Assembly: GCA_012862495.1 (NCBI GenBank)
Contig: BLSG01000462.1
Coordinates: 12,243 to 44,354 of the forward strand
Length of the DNA stretch: 32,112 nucleotides
Source: Thraustochytrium aureum
Taxonomy: Eukaryota
Direction of reading: 5' to 3'
Shown: piece after piece, positions 9,270-20,119 of the stretch
How the letters are laid out: each line of letters opens with the position of its first letter
How positions within the stretch are numbered: position 1 is the stretch's first letter
Program-made: the position numbers and the translations under genes
The notes under the pieces: model-generated
The model's database searches: none
Seen by the model: the letters and a program-made list of their open reading frames with translations, nothing else
Told to the model about the DNA's origin: nothing

Positions 9270-10833
9270 GTGACGCACCAGCATGACAGGCGCCAGACTC
9301 CCGGCTTGCAGGGCGAGGAGGAGGAACTTGCACAACACCAGCAGCGAACACTCAACCCGTCTCTCTCGTCGCGGCTCGACGCCCCGACAAAGGAAGCCTC
9401 CAGCTGCGCACCCGTACATGCACGCAGCGATGAACCGGGAAAAAAACCATCAGGGCACGGGTCGAGCGCAAGGCCGGCAGCAACTCGCGTCGAGAGCGAT
9501 CCTGGCCCAGCAAGGGCGCTTTGGGTTCACTACACACAAGGATTTCCAGTGCGTTGGCGGTGGCTCAGCGCGGCATCGCTGTGCCTACAGCAGGGCCAGG
9601 CAAGGATGGCCTGGGCTGCGATGGAGCCGTTCGGCGATCGCGGAACCAAACGCTTCGCAAACGGCAAGTATGCGGTCTACCGCCACTCGTTCCGCAATGC
9701 CTTTTTCGTTTTCTTCACCGACGATGCAGAGGTGGTCCCGGACGCCCGCCAGATTGAGCTTTGCCAGTCCATCTCAGATGTAGAACAGGGGGCTCTGCAG
9801 GCCTTCTTCGAGCAGAGGGCGACACGCGACGTCATTGCGCCCTTGTGGGGCTTGCTCACGAAAGCGCAAGCGCTCCGAGCAGGGGCGCCAATCTGGGGCC
9901 GGCGCTCAAACGCGGGCAGTCCCGGGGTCAGCAACTGAATCTCCCTTCTGTAGCACGGCGCCACCAGGTGCGCCGTTGGCTGTGGAGGGTTGTCGCAGCG
10001 GGATCGCGCGGATAAAGCATGCTCTCAAACGGGCTTGGAGCGTTTTCGAGCGCGTCGACGAGCAGGGACGGTGGATTGTCGCTGAGAGCCGAACACATCG
10101 TCCTGCGCTTGCAACAGGCCAGAAACCCTCTGAAGTTGGTGACGAGTCGGCGCTATCGCGAGTTGAGGCTTCGCTTGAGCTTTGGATCAGCATCGAGTCC
10201 TCCGCTGTTGCCCGTGTCAATGTGAACGGTGTCGGCAGATATGTCGCTGGCGTGAGCCACGTTCAGGTCTGCGCTGCAAGTGACATTGTCGGCGTGGTCA
10301 AGGCTTTCGACGCGCAGCTTCTTTGCCATGGGAGCCAAGGCCGCTTTCAAACTGCTTCGGGAGACTCTCGGGCAGGCGGCACAGTCGGCTACAAGTGCGG
10401 ACTTGCTTCGATCTTGTGCGATCGCTCGGAGGGACGGGCCGCCAGTTGTGGGCGCCGCCCGCTCCACGACGACCCTTCAAGGGCGCTCTTTCTGGTGTAT
10501 GGCACGGAGCAAGGTCTCATCGCTCGCGCAGAGCAATGCGAGCTTGTCCTTGCGGGTGGCGGGCGATCCAAGGTTTGTACGCGGTGTCGCTTTGTCAACA
10601 ACAGGCTCAAAATGCAGGATGCGGCGTTGGCTGGGCGTTCGGTTGACGACTACGTGACCGGAGCGGCGCGCGCCAAGCAGGTCCCGCTGCGGATGCTGCC
10701 GCAAGTTGTTACGTCCCAGCGGGCCCGAATACTTGAGCTAGGACAGCAACTGCGCCAGGCGCGAAGCGCGCGTCACAGACCGCCGAGGGGGACTGTGGGT
10801 CGCGCGCCAAGCACCAACTCCTCCGCGCCCTAG
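9270..10833 (+). CDS. Uncharacterised protein with C-terminal Cys motifs (LCHG...C-x12-CxxC) and a short coiled coil; frameshifted near 9885-9925; start uncertain (candidate ATGs 9130, 9606)
   Basis: Overlapping ORFs 9270-9938 and 9835-10833 join through AGGANLGPALKRGQSPGSATES if one G and one C are added to homopolymer runs. Both halves look globular. Confidence 0.5.
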
Positions 10834-11206
10834 TCGCAGTCCGGCGCCAGCTGCTGTTGAACCCGCCCCATCGCCACGACGCCCACGCCTTCAGCATCCC
10901 GAGAAACTTCTTTGCGACCGCGGCAGCCTTCACCAGGCAAAACCGCTGGGATCTTTCTTTAGCTACAGAATGGTGNNNNNNNNNNNNNNNNNNNNNNNNN
11001 NNNNNNNNNNNNNNNNNNNNNNNNNNNNNNNNNNNNNNNNNNNNNNNNNNNNNNNNNNNNNNNNNNNNNNNNNNNNNNNNNNNNNNNNNNNNNNNNNNNN
11101 NNNNNNNNNNNNNNNNNNNNNNNNNNNNNNNNNNNNNNNNNNNNNNNNNNNNNNNNNNNNNNNNNNNNNNNNNNNNNNNNNNNNNNNNNNNNNNNNNNNN
11201 NNNNNN

Positions 11207-11250
11207 GTCGTCGTCGTCGTTGTGGTCGTGGTCGTGGTCGTCGTCGTGGT
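11207..11250. repeat. (GTC/GTG)n microsatellite at a gap edge
   Basis: gtcgtcgtcgtcgttgtggtcgtggtcgtggtcgtcgtcgtggt; probably related to the adjacent assembly gap. Confidence 0.8.
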
Positions 11251-11492
11251 CCAGACGTGGCGGGACGCTCGACCTCAAAAAGATGATGGAACGGCGCTGC
11301 CGAGCCGCATTAGTTTACCAGCAGCAGCAACCAACAGGGAGGTCTCGCTGCGCCACGGAGGCCCTTTGCTGGAGAGCAAGAGCCCAGGCCAGCCCCATGA
11401 TGTGGTGCGGGTAGTCCTCATCACTCGAGTAGGTCACTCAAAATTGTGGGCCTCTAACCTGCTCGAAGACTCGTGGGCCGCTCAGGAGCCGT

Positions 11493-11515
11493 CAGCAGCA
11501 GCAGCAGCAGCAGCA
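11493..11515. repeat. (CAG)7 microsatellite just upstream of THOC5
   Basis: cagcagcagcagcagcagcagca read directly. Confidence 0.85.
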
Positions 11516-11550
11516 GAGCGCAGTGGGGGAGCGCAGCGCAGGCGGCGAGG

Positions 11551-13599
11551 ATGACAGGCGAGGCGACCGCCAGCGGGGGCGCCGGCCCGGCTAGCGACAC
11601 GCTGCTGCTCGCGGTAGGGTCCGCGAGCGCGGCTGGAACCAAGCTGCTGGATCTCGGGCGGCAGGTCTCGACGCTCAAACACAAGGGCGGCGGGAAGGAT
11701 GCGGGGAGCAAGGAGCTCGCAGAGATGTACGCACGGGGAGCTGGCCTGCTGGTGGAGCTCAGGCGCAAGAGCAGGAAGGCGTTCCTGCTGGCCGAGGCTG
11801 TGGAGGCCGAGATGGAGGCCGCGAGGCGGAAGGCTGAGGACCGGCAGCTCAACCTTCAAAATCTTTTGTACGAGAAGGCGTACCTTGAACGCGAGATCGA
11901 GCGATGCAGCAAGTTTGAGATGGCGCAGACCCAGAGCGTCCCTTTGGTCTCAGAGACCGAGTTTGAGGCAAGCGCGCCGCAGCACCTCCTTGACGATGTG
12001 GCTTCTGTGCCCGAGGGGCAGGCCCGCGACCACCAGAGGCGGCTGGCGCGGCTCTCGCACGAGCTCCTGCTGCGCCGCGAGCTGGCCTCAAAGCTTGCAG
12101 GCCTTGACGTCGACAAACAGGAGGTGCAGCGGGCGACGGCTGCGCAACAAGAGTTTCTAGACGAGCTGCCGGCGCGCATGGCAAAGATTGTGCAGGCGAC
12201 AGGCCCAGTCGAGGCGCACTTCGGGGCCCCCATCATCGAGCGCCTAGCCCGGCACGAGTCGTGCCGCGAGCTGCCGGACCCGCTGTACCTCATCTACTGC
12301 CAGCTGGAAGCATACGGCGACTCGTTTGGCGGCGTCCAGGTGACGATCGACGGTGAGCGGCGCGACGCCGCTGCGCTGCGCAAGAGCGACCCGGGTCTGG
12401 CCAAAGGGGGTGCGCAGGAGCTGGCCAAGGCGTCCGCCGCCGATGGCGCAGAACCCAGAAGCAACAAGCGCAAGCGCGCGGCGAGCGAGGCCGGCCTCTC
12501 CGCAGCGACGAGCGCGGGCAATTTGGAGGACTGTGGCATCTTGGTGCGCGCCAACCTTGAGTCGCCGAACAAGCAGGTCCAGGCGACGCTGGAATTCCGC
12601 TACTTTGAGAGCTTTGGCGTCGTGACTGTCGAGGCCGCCAACCAGCCCGGCTTGCTCGCCAACCTGTACCCGAACGACACGGGCCAGTTTCTCCCACACG
12701 TGGTTGTGCAACAACCAACCGCGGCGCACCGGTCCGCCTCGCGCGGGAAACAGCGCTTTCCTGAGCGGCTGCCGGGCCGGCCGTACAAGTGGGCGCAGTG
12801 GCTTGCCGGCGTCTACGCCCTTCCGCCGGACGGTCCCCAGGAGCTTGCGCAACCGTCCACGCAGAACATCGTCCAGAGCGTGCTTGACCGGGTCGGCGCT
12901 CAAGAGTCGCTTTCCGAGCAGCTTGCCGTGCTGCGCAGCTGCCCTCACCCCGTGCCAGTCCACGCTTCCGCAACAGCGTTGTTTCCGCCCTCGGCCAAGA
13001 CCACCTTGGTCGAGTGGGAGGAAGTGGAACCTGTTGTGGCCGACGAGCGCGTCGCCGAGACAGCAGTCGCACGGGGCGTGGGCGTCCCAGTGTTTTTTCG
13101 CAGCGCAGATTCGAGGCGTGAATTCGCAGAGCAGGAACGCGGGGCGGCCGCCGAACCAGGGGCCCATGCGTCCTGGGCAGAGTTTGGACGGCGCTGCTTC
13201 CGCGGGAAACTCAGGACCGGAGCCGGCAGGACCTGCGAGGCCGTCGTGCAAGTGTTTGTGGACTACCCGCGCCGCGCGCCGCAGTTTACGCTGTTGCCTG
13301 CCGCGGACGCGACGCTGCGCTCAATCGAACGCGAGGTCAACGAATACGCAAGTGAGCTCCACGCGGGTAGTGAGCTGAACCTTCTGTCGCACCAGCTGCG
13401 GCGCTTGCAAATGTGTTTGGACGTGGCAGCCGCCGCCGCCGACGTGGCCGTGGCCTCCCCTGGCGTCGGAGGCGAAGACGGGGTGGGGGAGGAGGCTGGC
13501 CAGGGTTCGTCCTCCTCCGTGGACCGCAAGTACCGTGGTCGGGACCGACGCCTGGCTTTTGTGTACGACGGACAGTCGCGCACCTTTGTGCACCGGTAG
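11551..13599 (+). CDS. THOC5: THO complex subunit 5 (FMIP/THOC5)
   Basis: LQNLLYEKAYLEREIERC, HQRRLARLSHELLLRREL, LPDPLYLIYCQL, LLANLYPNDTG, GRPYKWAQWLAG, DYPRRAPQF, IEREVN, LSHQLRRLQMCLDV and the terminal RGRDRRLAFVYD..FVHR are THOC5 hallmarks. Intact single-exon ORF. Confidence 0.92.
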   Translation: MTGEATASGGAGPASDTLLLAVGSASAAGTKLLDLGRQVSTLKHKGGGKDAGSKELAEMYARGAGLLVELRRKSRKAFLLAEAVEAEMEAARRKAEDRQLNLQNLLYEKAYLEREIERCSKFEMAQTQSVPLVSETEFEASAPQHLLDDVASVPEGQARDHQRRLARLSHELLLRRELASKLAGLDVDKQEVQRATAAQQEFLDELPARMAKIVQATGPVEAHFGAPIIERLARHESCRELPDPLYLIYCQLEAYGDSFGGVQVTIDGERRDAAALRKSDPGLAKGGAQELAKASAADGAEPRSNKRKRAASEAGLSAATSAGNLEDCGILVRANLESPNKQVQATLEFRYFESFGVVTVEAANQPGLLANLYPNDTGQFLPHVVVQQPTAAHRSASRGKQRFPERLPGRPYKWAQWLAGVYALPPDGPQELAQPSTQNIVQSVLDRVGAQESLSEQLAVLRSCPHPVPVHASATALFPPSAKTTLVEWEEVEPVVADERVAETAVARGVGVPVFFRSADSRREFAEQERGAAAEPGAHASWAEFGRRCFRGKLRTGAGRTCEAVVQVFVDYPRRAPQFTLLPAADATLRSIEREVNEYASELHAGSELNLLSHQLRRLQMCLDVAAAAADVAVASPGVGGEDGVGEEAGQGSSSSVDRKYRGRDRRLAFVYDGQSRTFVHR

Positions 13600-13771
13600 G
13601 CAAGGGCGCCGCGCGCCAGCGCAGCCGCGAGCAGGCGCCCGAGCCTGTCGCGGCTTGCTGTGGGCTCGCTCGGGCGAGCGCAGGAAGGGCAATGATGAAA
13701 ACACGTTTCGCGAAAATAGTGACCTACTTGGTTCTGGAAATCGTTGTGGCGCCGGCGACGGCGTTCGTGCG

Positions 13772-15615
13772 TCAGGCCAGCTTTTTCCCGGCTGGCTCGG
13801 AGCTGTCCCGCTGCGGAAACGCAATCCCCTTGAGAAGGCCAACGAGGGAGGCAGCCTTGTTTACCCAGCTCGGGTCGTATGCCATGCCGACCAAGTGTGC
13901 TGCGGTAACGTGGCTGTCTGAGCTCGTTGGGTACTTGAACGGCTCCGGTAAAGCCGTATGGACCCCAGGAAACCGGTCCTCCGTGACCGCTTTGACGTTA
14001 CAGCACGCACGGAGGCCCTCCGGGCCTGCAAACTTGTCGAAGCCGGACGCGCCGCGCCCGCCGAAAGGGAGGCTCTGGCAAAGGTAGTTGATGCCAAAGT
14101 CATTGATGTTTGCCATGCCAGCGCGGACGCCCTTGACAATCCTCTCGGCGCGCTTGGTATCGGCACAAAACACAGACGACCCCAGCGCGTACTGGCAGTC
14201 GTTTACCTCGCGCAGGAGCTCCTCCTCGTCCGACCAGGCCCTGATCGCCATCACAGGTCCAAAGACCTCCTCTTGAGCGATCCGCATCTTGCCGGTGATC
14301 CCGGTCAGGATGGTCGGCTCAAAGAACTGCCCCGGCTTCAACGCCTCGTTGCGGCGTCCTCCTGTTACCAGCTTGGCGCCCTTGGCAACTGCGTCGTCGA
14401 TGAGTCCCTGGATGTGCTCAATGGCGCCCGGCATGGTGAGGGCGCCGAGGTCGACGGTGCGGCCCTTGGCCGACTCCTGCAGAGGCACGCCTTGGCGCAT
14501 CTTTCGGACGCTCTGAAGGCAATGGTCGACAAACTTGTCGTGGATGCTCTGGTGCACGAAAATCCGTTCGATCCCGATGCAGTTCTGCCCGCAGTTCTGG
14601 AAGACGCCGCGTAGCGCGATCGGGACGACGGTGCCGAGGTCCACGTCCTCGCACACAACGAAGGGGTCTTTGCCCCCGAGCTCGAGCACGACTGGGGTGA
14701 GGTTGCTGGCGGCTGCTTTCATGACGAGTTTGCCGACGCGGTCTGACCCCGTAAAGATGACCTTGTTGATGTCAGACTCGACCAGGGCAGACCCGGCCTC
14801 GGCCATGCCGGTGACGACTTGGACCAGGTCGGCAGAGTAGCCAGCCATCTCGAGCGCCTTTTGCACGGGGCGCACTAGGTAGCTCGCCGACCACGCCGTG
14901 TACTCGCTCGGCTTGCAGACGACGGCGTTGCCCGAGAAGATCCCCGAAACGATGTGGTTGAGCAGGTTGTGGCCCACGTAGTTGAACGGAGCCAGCACGC
15001 CCAGCACACCGAGGGGCTCGTACTCGACCTTGGCGGCCTTGTGCATGGTCATGATGCCCTGTCCGCCGCGGTACTCCGGTTTGAGAATCCCTTCGCCGTA
15101 CTCGAGCATCCAGCGGATCTTTTCGCACGTAGGCGTGATCTCGCCGAGAACGGCCCCGAGCTTGGTCTTGCCAGTGTCTCGGCAGCACACGCGGCAGATC
15201 TCCTCGATGTGGTTCAAGTAGTAGGCCTGAATCGCGCGCAGCACGGCGCGTCGCTCTCCGAAGGTGCTTTCGCCCACTGCTTTTGGGCTTCTCGCGCCTT
15301 GGCCACGATTTCCACCACGCGTTCCCGGCCCATCATCTCCACCTCGCCGAGATGCTGCATCGTCGCTGGGTCGTAGCACTGCAGCTTCCCGGGCCTATCG
15401 GGCCAGACCAGCTCCATTTTCTGTTTGACAGGCGCGTCGACGACGTCGCCGATCTCGAACTTCTCCAAGGGCACCTCGACCGCGGCGAGCACGGGGTCGC
15501 GCTTCACCCTCGCCAGCACCACAACCGCCACCACGGCCAGCGCGCCGAGCAGCGCAGCGAGCGCCAGCTCTGGCGCCAGGCCCGCGCGAGCCGCGAGCGC
15601 GTCCATCGCATCCAT
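13772..15615 (-). CDS. Membrane-anchored aldehyde dehydrogenase, ALDH22A1/MSC7-like; one frameshift at ~15269
   Basis: N-terminal TM (LALAALLGALAVVAVVVL), QCYDPATMQHLG, AREAQKQWAK-STFGERR (needs A4 where A3 is seen), PLGVLGVLAPFNY, FTGS, catalytic LELGGKDP and QNCGQNCIG, EEVFGP, QSLPFGG, FAGPEGLRACC. Confidence 0.9.
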
Positions 15616-15671
15616 CCCGCTCGCCGCCCGCAACGCACCCAAGCCACCGCCAACGCCTGCCGATGCCAGTC

Positions 15672-15720
15672 TGCTTCGCCTCCTTCGCCTGCTTCGCCTG
15701 CTTCGCCTGCTTCGCCTGCT
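15672..15720. repeat. 9-bp tandem repeat (CTTCGCCTG)x~5 in the ALDH upstream/5' UTR region
   Basis: tgcttcgcctccttcgcctgcttcgcctgcttcgcctgcttcgcctgct. Confidence 0.85.
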
Positions 15721-16310
15721 CACTGCGGTTAGGCGGCTGCGCGAGGCGGGTTGCGGGTCTGGCGAGCCGCAGAGTGGTGGGTGACTGAATGCGTTTTTGA
15801 CTCGCGGCGCGCGGGCGCAGCGAGCGACTGGGCTGTGCTCTGGTGGCGCATTCAAAGCTCGACAGAAACGCAGCGCCAAGTCCGGTGCGCGATTGCGCGA
15901 TCAGCAAGGTGCTCGCAACCAAGTACAAGAGAGGTAGGACGTGCAGGACGGTGGTCACGCGAGGTTGGGAGTTTGTTTTCTTCTTCTTTTGATTGACCAA
16001 GATTGAATGAAGATCAAGATGAAAGTTGATCGAGTTGGTTTTGGTGGCACTCGGCCCGGCCGGCGCCGCGGCGATTTCATTCGCCACGAGCCTCGTCGGA
16101 GGCCGCACCTGCTCACAGCGTACTCTGCTCGTTAGAGCGTGCAGGCTCGAGCAAGGACTACAAGGTGGAGTGTCTTGTCGTCGTGCTCGACGTGGATGTG
16201 ACCGCCACCGCACGCAACTGGCAGAGGACTCGGTTGTCCGCCGGGAAACGATCTGCGGGCGTGGCCGCCTTCGTCGCGCACGCATACTCTATTTGTGGTT
16301 GCTGCTGCTG

Positions 16311-16438
16311 GCGCTCGCTCGCTCGCTCGCTTGCCTGCTCGCTTGCTCGCTCGCTTGCTTGCTTGCTTGCTTGCTTTCGCTGGCTTGCTTTCGCTTGCTT
16401 TCGCTTGCTGGCTTGCTTTCGCTTGCTTGCTTGCTCGC
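16311..16438. repeat. Compound (GCTC)n/(GCTT)n microsatellite
   Basis: gcgctcgctcgctcgctcgcttgcctgctcgcttgct...gcttgcttgctcgc, intergenic between ALDH and GPCR-1. Confidence 0.9.
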
Positions 16439-16842
16439 ACGCAACTGGTGTGGACCTGGGAATCATCGCCGCGAAACCGAGCTCTGCGGAGGTGGCTGGC
16501 CGCCGCCTTGGTCGTGAATGAGTTGTGCAAGTGAAGGCTGCCGGCGAGCTTTGCATCGTACTGGATGCGCGGAAGCTCTCGCGATTCAACGATGAAGGCG
16601 CTTTGCGGAGTGCTTGGAAAATGAAGTTGGGGTTATTTCTCCACACTCGTCGTGACTGCTGTCTGTTGCGCGCAAAGCGCACGAGTTTCTGTCGATCTGC
16701 GCCGAGATTGGGGGTGACCCCGCGACGGCTTCGAGGCCACCGACGGGTCGCAGCGTCGCGAACGGACTAGGACGCCGCGGCGGCCTTGACGGGGGTCTCT
16801 GGTGCCCAGGCCAGGCCCCTCATCCTTTAGCCACGCGGTTTT

Positions 16843-18339
16843 CTACAGTGCAAGCACGCTCCCAGTATTGAGCGAGCTGTTGTCAGTTCTGTCGTCCGCG
16901 TAGTAGCTCTGACGCGCGAACGTCTCGTCATTGCTCGAATCATCCGTGTACGAGCTGGACACTCCGTAGCGCGGTGGCGCAATCTCAACAGCTGGCTGCT
17001 TGGACGAGAACGCGCCGCCCCGTGACAACGGCTCTGGCGCAGGTGCACCGAGCCGCGCAAGTGCGGCAGCCGCACCCCCAGGCGGGACCATGGTAAACGA
17101 TGGCTTTGCCCCCGGACGCCCCGCCGCAGAGTCTGAATCCCCCCCCGTTGTGGAGCATGGGAGCTCGTCTACAACAGACTGCGGACTCTCTGGCGAGGTG
17201 AGCAGACCAAGCCAAACCGAAAAGCAGCAGCAGCCCGGCATCGTGGTCGCGCTGGCCTGTGCCTTGTCCTCCGCCTTGGCCTTGGCTTTGCGGGTCTCGC
17301 GCTGACGGATGCGAGCTGCAGCAGCTCGCTTTCGCGCCATCGGGAGGAAGGCGTATTGCATGGCGAGCTTGAGCGACTTGTTCTTAAACGCATAGATGAG
17401 TGGACTGCACAGGCTGCTGGAGACCGCTGCGATGCCGAGCAACTTCTCGACGGCCCAAAACCCGGAAAAACTCACCCCCCCAATCATCTTGATCACGGTA
17501 AAGATCATGTACACGTACAGCGGGGTCCACATGATGAGGATGGTCCCGCTCATGAGAACCATGAGCCGTGTCGTCTTGTTGTGCTGATGCATCTCGTTTG
17601 CCGTGTAAGGCTGAATGTTGGCTTGGACAGCCTTCATAGAGTCCTGGAGGCGCCGGTGGATTCGGGCGTAGACGACAACAGTGTAAGCGATTGGTGCACC
17701 CAGCATAAACGCGCACATCAAGATTACTCTGTGGTTCCAAATCGGGTTGCAAAACGCTCCCGAGCAGGCCATGCGCGCCTCGGTGACGCTCGCATAGTAG
17801 GCGAGCAGCAGAAAGGATGCCCCCCAGACCCACACCACATACAAAGCGGCGACGCGACGGCGGGATATCTGGCAGTTGTCCAGGATTCGCACCTTGCGCG
17901 TGTATGCGATCAGGGCAAGCGAGAAGACCGTCGAGTGGCACGTGATGACGATGCCGAATCCGTAAATGGCGCACCCCACCTGACCGCCGAGCAGGTTGCC
18001 GTCGTTGAATATCGTGCCAAGGTTGAAGACAACGACCAGGACACCGACGGCAAGGTCGCTAAGCGCCTGTCCAGCCACCAGCAAGTTGTGCAGCTGGTGG
18101 ATTTTGCTGTCCCTTGCGATCCCGAGGATCACTGCAAGATTCATTGCCACGACGAGAACGCCAAGCACACCCAGCAACGCATAGTAAAGCGCGAGATACG
18201 GGCTATGGGTCACGTTCCAATCCACCAAGTCGTCCGGCGGGGAGGCTGTGCAGTCGCAGAGGTCCATCGCATACTCGATGGTGCCATTCATGGCACAAAT
18301 GTCAGGGCTCCCCGATTGCTGGAGTGCAGCATCCGCCAT
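16843..18339 (-). CDS. Class A (rhodopsin-family) 7TM receptor, opsin-like, copy 1; intronless
   Basis: Seven hydrophobic segments with class-A anchors: N1.50 (MNLAV), D2.50 (QALSDL), C3.25/R3.50 (GCAIYGF...SLALIAYTRK), W4.50, ECL2 Cys (SGAFCNPIW), P5.50/Y5.58, WTPLY, SPLIY and helix 8 (NKSLKLAM). N-glycosylation sequons NGT and NVT. Start taken at MADAALQ. Confidence 0.88.
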   Translation of the reverse strand: MADAALQQSGSPDICAMNGTIEYAMDLCDCTASPPDDLVDWNVTHSPYLALYYALLGVLGVLVVAMNLAVILGIARDSKIHQLHNLLVAGQALSDLAVGVLVVVFNLGTIFNDGNLLGGQVGCAIYGFGIVITCHSTVFSLALIAYTRKVRILDNCQISRRRVAALYVVWVWGASFLLLAYYASVTEARMACSGAFCNPIWNHRVILMCAFMLGAPIAYTVVVYARIHRRLQDSMKAVQANIQPYTANEMHQHNKTTRLMVLMSGTILIMWTPLYVYMIFTVIKMIGGVSFSGFWAVEKLLGIAAVSSSLCSPLIYAFKNKSLKLAMQYAFLPMARKRAAAARIRQRETRKAKAKAEDKAQASATTMPGCCCFSVWLGLLTSPESPQSVVDELPCSTTGGDSDSAAGRPGAKPSFTMVPPGGAAAALARLGAPAPEPLSRGGAFSSKQPAVEIAPPRYGVSSSYTDDSSNDETFARQSYYADDRTDNSSLNTGSVLAL

Positions 18340-20119
18340 TGCTGCAGCGACTTGGTGAAGGGCCTGTGCAGGTTCGCCCACCGCCGTTCGTGCCTTTGTT
18401 GGGGTTGTCGCTGCTCCCTCGCCGTGTCGCTCGGTTCGGTTTTGCGACCTTGTTTTGTTGATCCGGGACTGCCGCATGCAGCGCTCGCTGGCGCTGCCTG
18501 TGCGTTCTTTCAAAAAGCAGAGTCCTTGGCGGAGGCAACGGTCCCGCGGGGTGTAGCAAATCTGGGCGATTGTGAGGGGAATGATGGGTCATGGCTTGGG
18601 CTTGCATGTTGCAGCTGTCCAGAATGCAGCTGCACAACTTGATGCACGCTGCGGCTGCGGATTGACGAGAGCTACGTGTCGATCAAAAACGTGCATGGGC
18701 CGCGGGCGCTCGAGTCCAGAATCCAGCCAAGCACTTGCCTAGGACCATTGGGAAGAATAGATAGTGCACGTTGCTCAGCTTCGCTTTGAAAGACACGGTG
18801 TTAAACCTGGTCCTCGTGGCGCGGAGGTGCTGATCGCGTTTGCAGTGCAGGTAGACTGCAATTGAACTCTCGCGAACAAAAGACAAGAACGTGTTGCGTC
18901 GTGGAACTCGCACAGTGGCCGGCGAAGGGCAGGCCAAGTAAATCCGTTCCCCAGTGAGCAGCCATGCAGCGCCAAGGGTCGCGGTGGGATCAGGCGTTGG
19001 CAGCTCTGCCTGGCCGGTTTCCCTTTCCCCCGATTGGAGAGCGCGCCAAATCGATGATGCGTCGGCCTGATTGGCTGTTTGGAGCCAATCAACAGCGCGA
19101 CGGGAACATTGACATGAGCGACACTTCTTGTTTCTCCTCGAATCACATACAGTTCAGGTTTTCGTCGGAGTGGTCCTGTTTGTGATTGACCTTGGCCTTC
19201 CCTCGCCGACGCAGTCTCTCACCATCACACATCCGACGGACTTTTTTGTTGTCGTTGAGAGAAACGAAGCTCACGCCGGTACAGACTGCGGAAGCTTGGT
19301 CGCCTTTGGTCTCGCGAAAGCTCTTGAGAGATTGGACTTGCAGTGTGATTCACCACACGGCCTCCGCGTCGCGCAGAATTATTCGCGCCTCTGGCTGCCA
19401 AAGGAGGCAGCTGAACTCTTAGACTTTCACGTAGTTTAACCCAGTAGCACCGTGCAGGATCAAAAGGGAACAAAATGGGGCTGGGAAGACTCGAGCGGTC
19501 TCGCTCCTTGCAACTCGCAATCTCGTTGGTCCAAAACGGCCAAGCATGCTACGTCAAGCAGTGGATCCACTACCGATTGTCGGAGTGCAGCTGTGCGATG
19601 AAAACTGGCGTCACGATTGGAGCATTTACGCAGCGGCAGTCCAGAGGGTCGGCACGCGGGGCGCCGCGGAGCTCTGATTGCGCCTCCTGCAGTTTTGCTG
19701 CATGGCATGAAAACAACCCGCGATGGTGACTGGCAAACATGGGCCGGTATTTTTCAACGGAATCCGCGCAGCTCACCGTTGCGGCGGAAAGACGATGTGC
19801 GGTCTGCCAGAGCGCCTGTCGCATCTGCTGTATGTAGCCTTTATCGGTCGCTCGGCGCGAGTGGGCTTCAAACGGACATGTCCATTGCCCTGGCATCAGG
19901 CACACAGGCCTCACGTGCTGCAAACCTGCAACGCCGCAGTTGAGCAACAGGATCTGAGCGTCTGGCATCGAAGCCCAGGCCACGTACACGGGTGCTTGTC
20001 CATAGACCCTCGCCCTTCGCCGCGCCATCTGAGCTCTGAAGCAACGAGGTCGGAACAGTCCCTGGACGAACCAGGGCCAAGGAGGGCAGCTTGCGGCCTC
20101 ACACCACTCGAGGCAAGAC

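Noticed and set aside
1581..13599. CPSF30 and THOC5 as an mRNA-processing gene cluster
   Set aside because: They are about 7 kb apart with unrelated genes between; chance is sufficient.
13772..18339. ALDH as a retinal dehydrogenase functionally clustered with the opsin-like receptors
   Set aside because: The enzyme is ALDH22A1/MSC7-like rather than ALDH1A-like, and adjacency in a compact eukaryotic genome is not evidence of a pathway.
12244..18642. Long antisense or overlapping ORFs (e.g. 12244-13251, 17356-18642; also 1401-2402)
   Set aside because: Shadow ORFs expected opposite GC3-rich genes; no recognisable motifs.
18640..20100. Hidden gene between GPCR copies 1 and 2
   Set aside because: Only short ORFs without motifs; the minus-strand frames I translated around 19140-19440 hit stops. 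Treated as divergent promoter or intergenic DNA.
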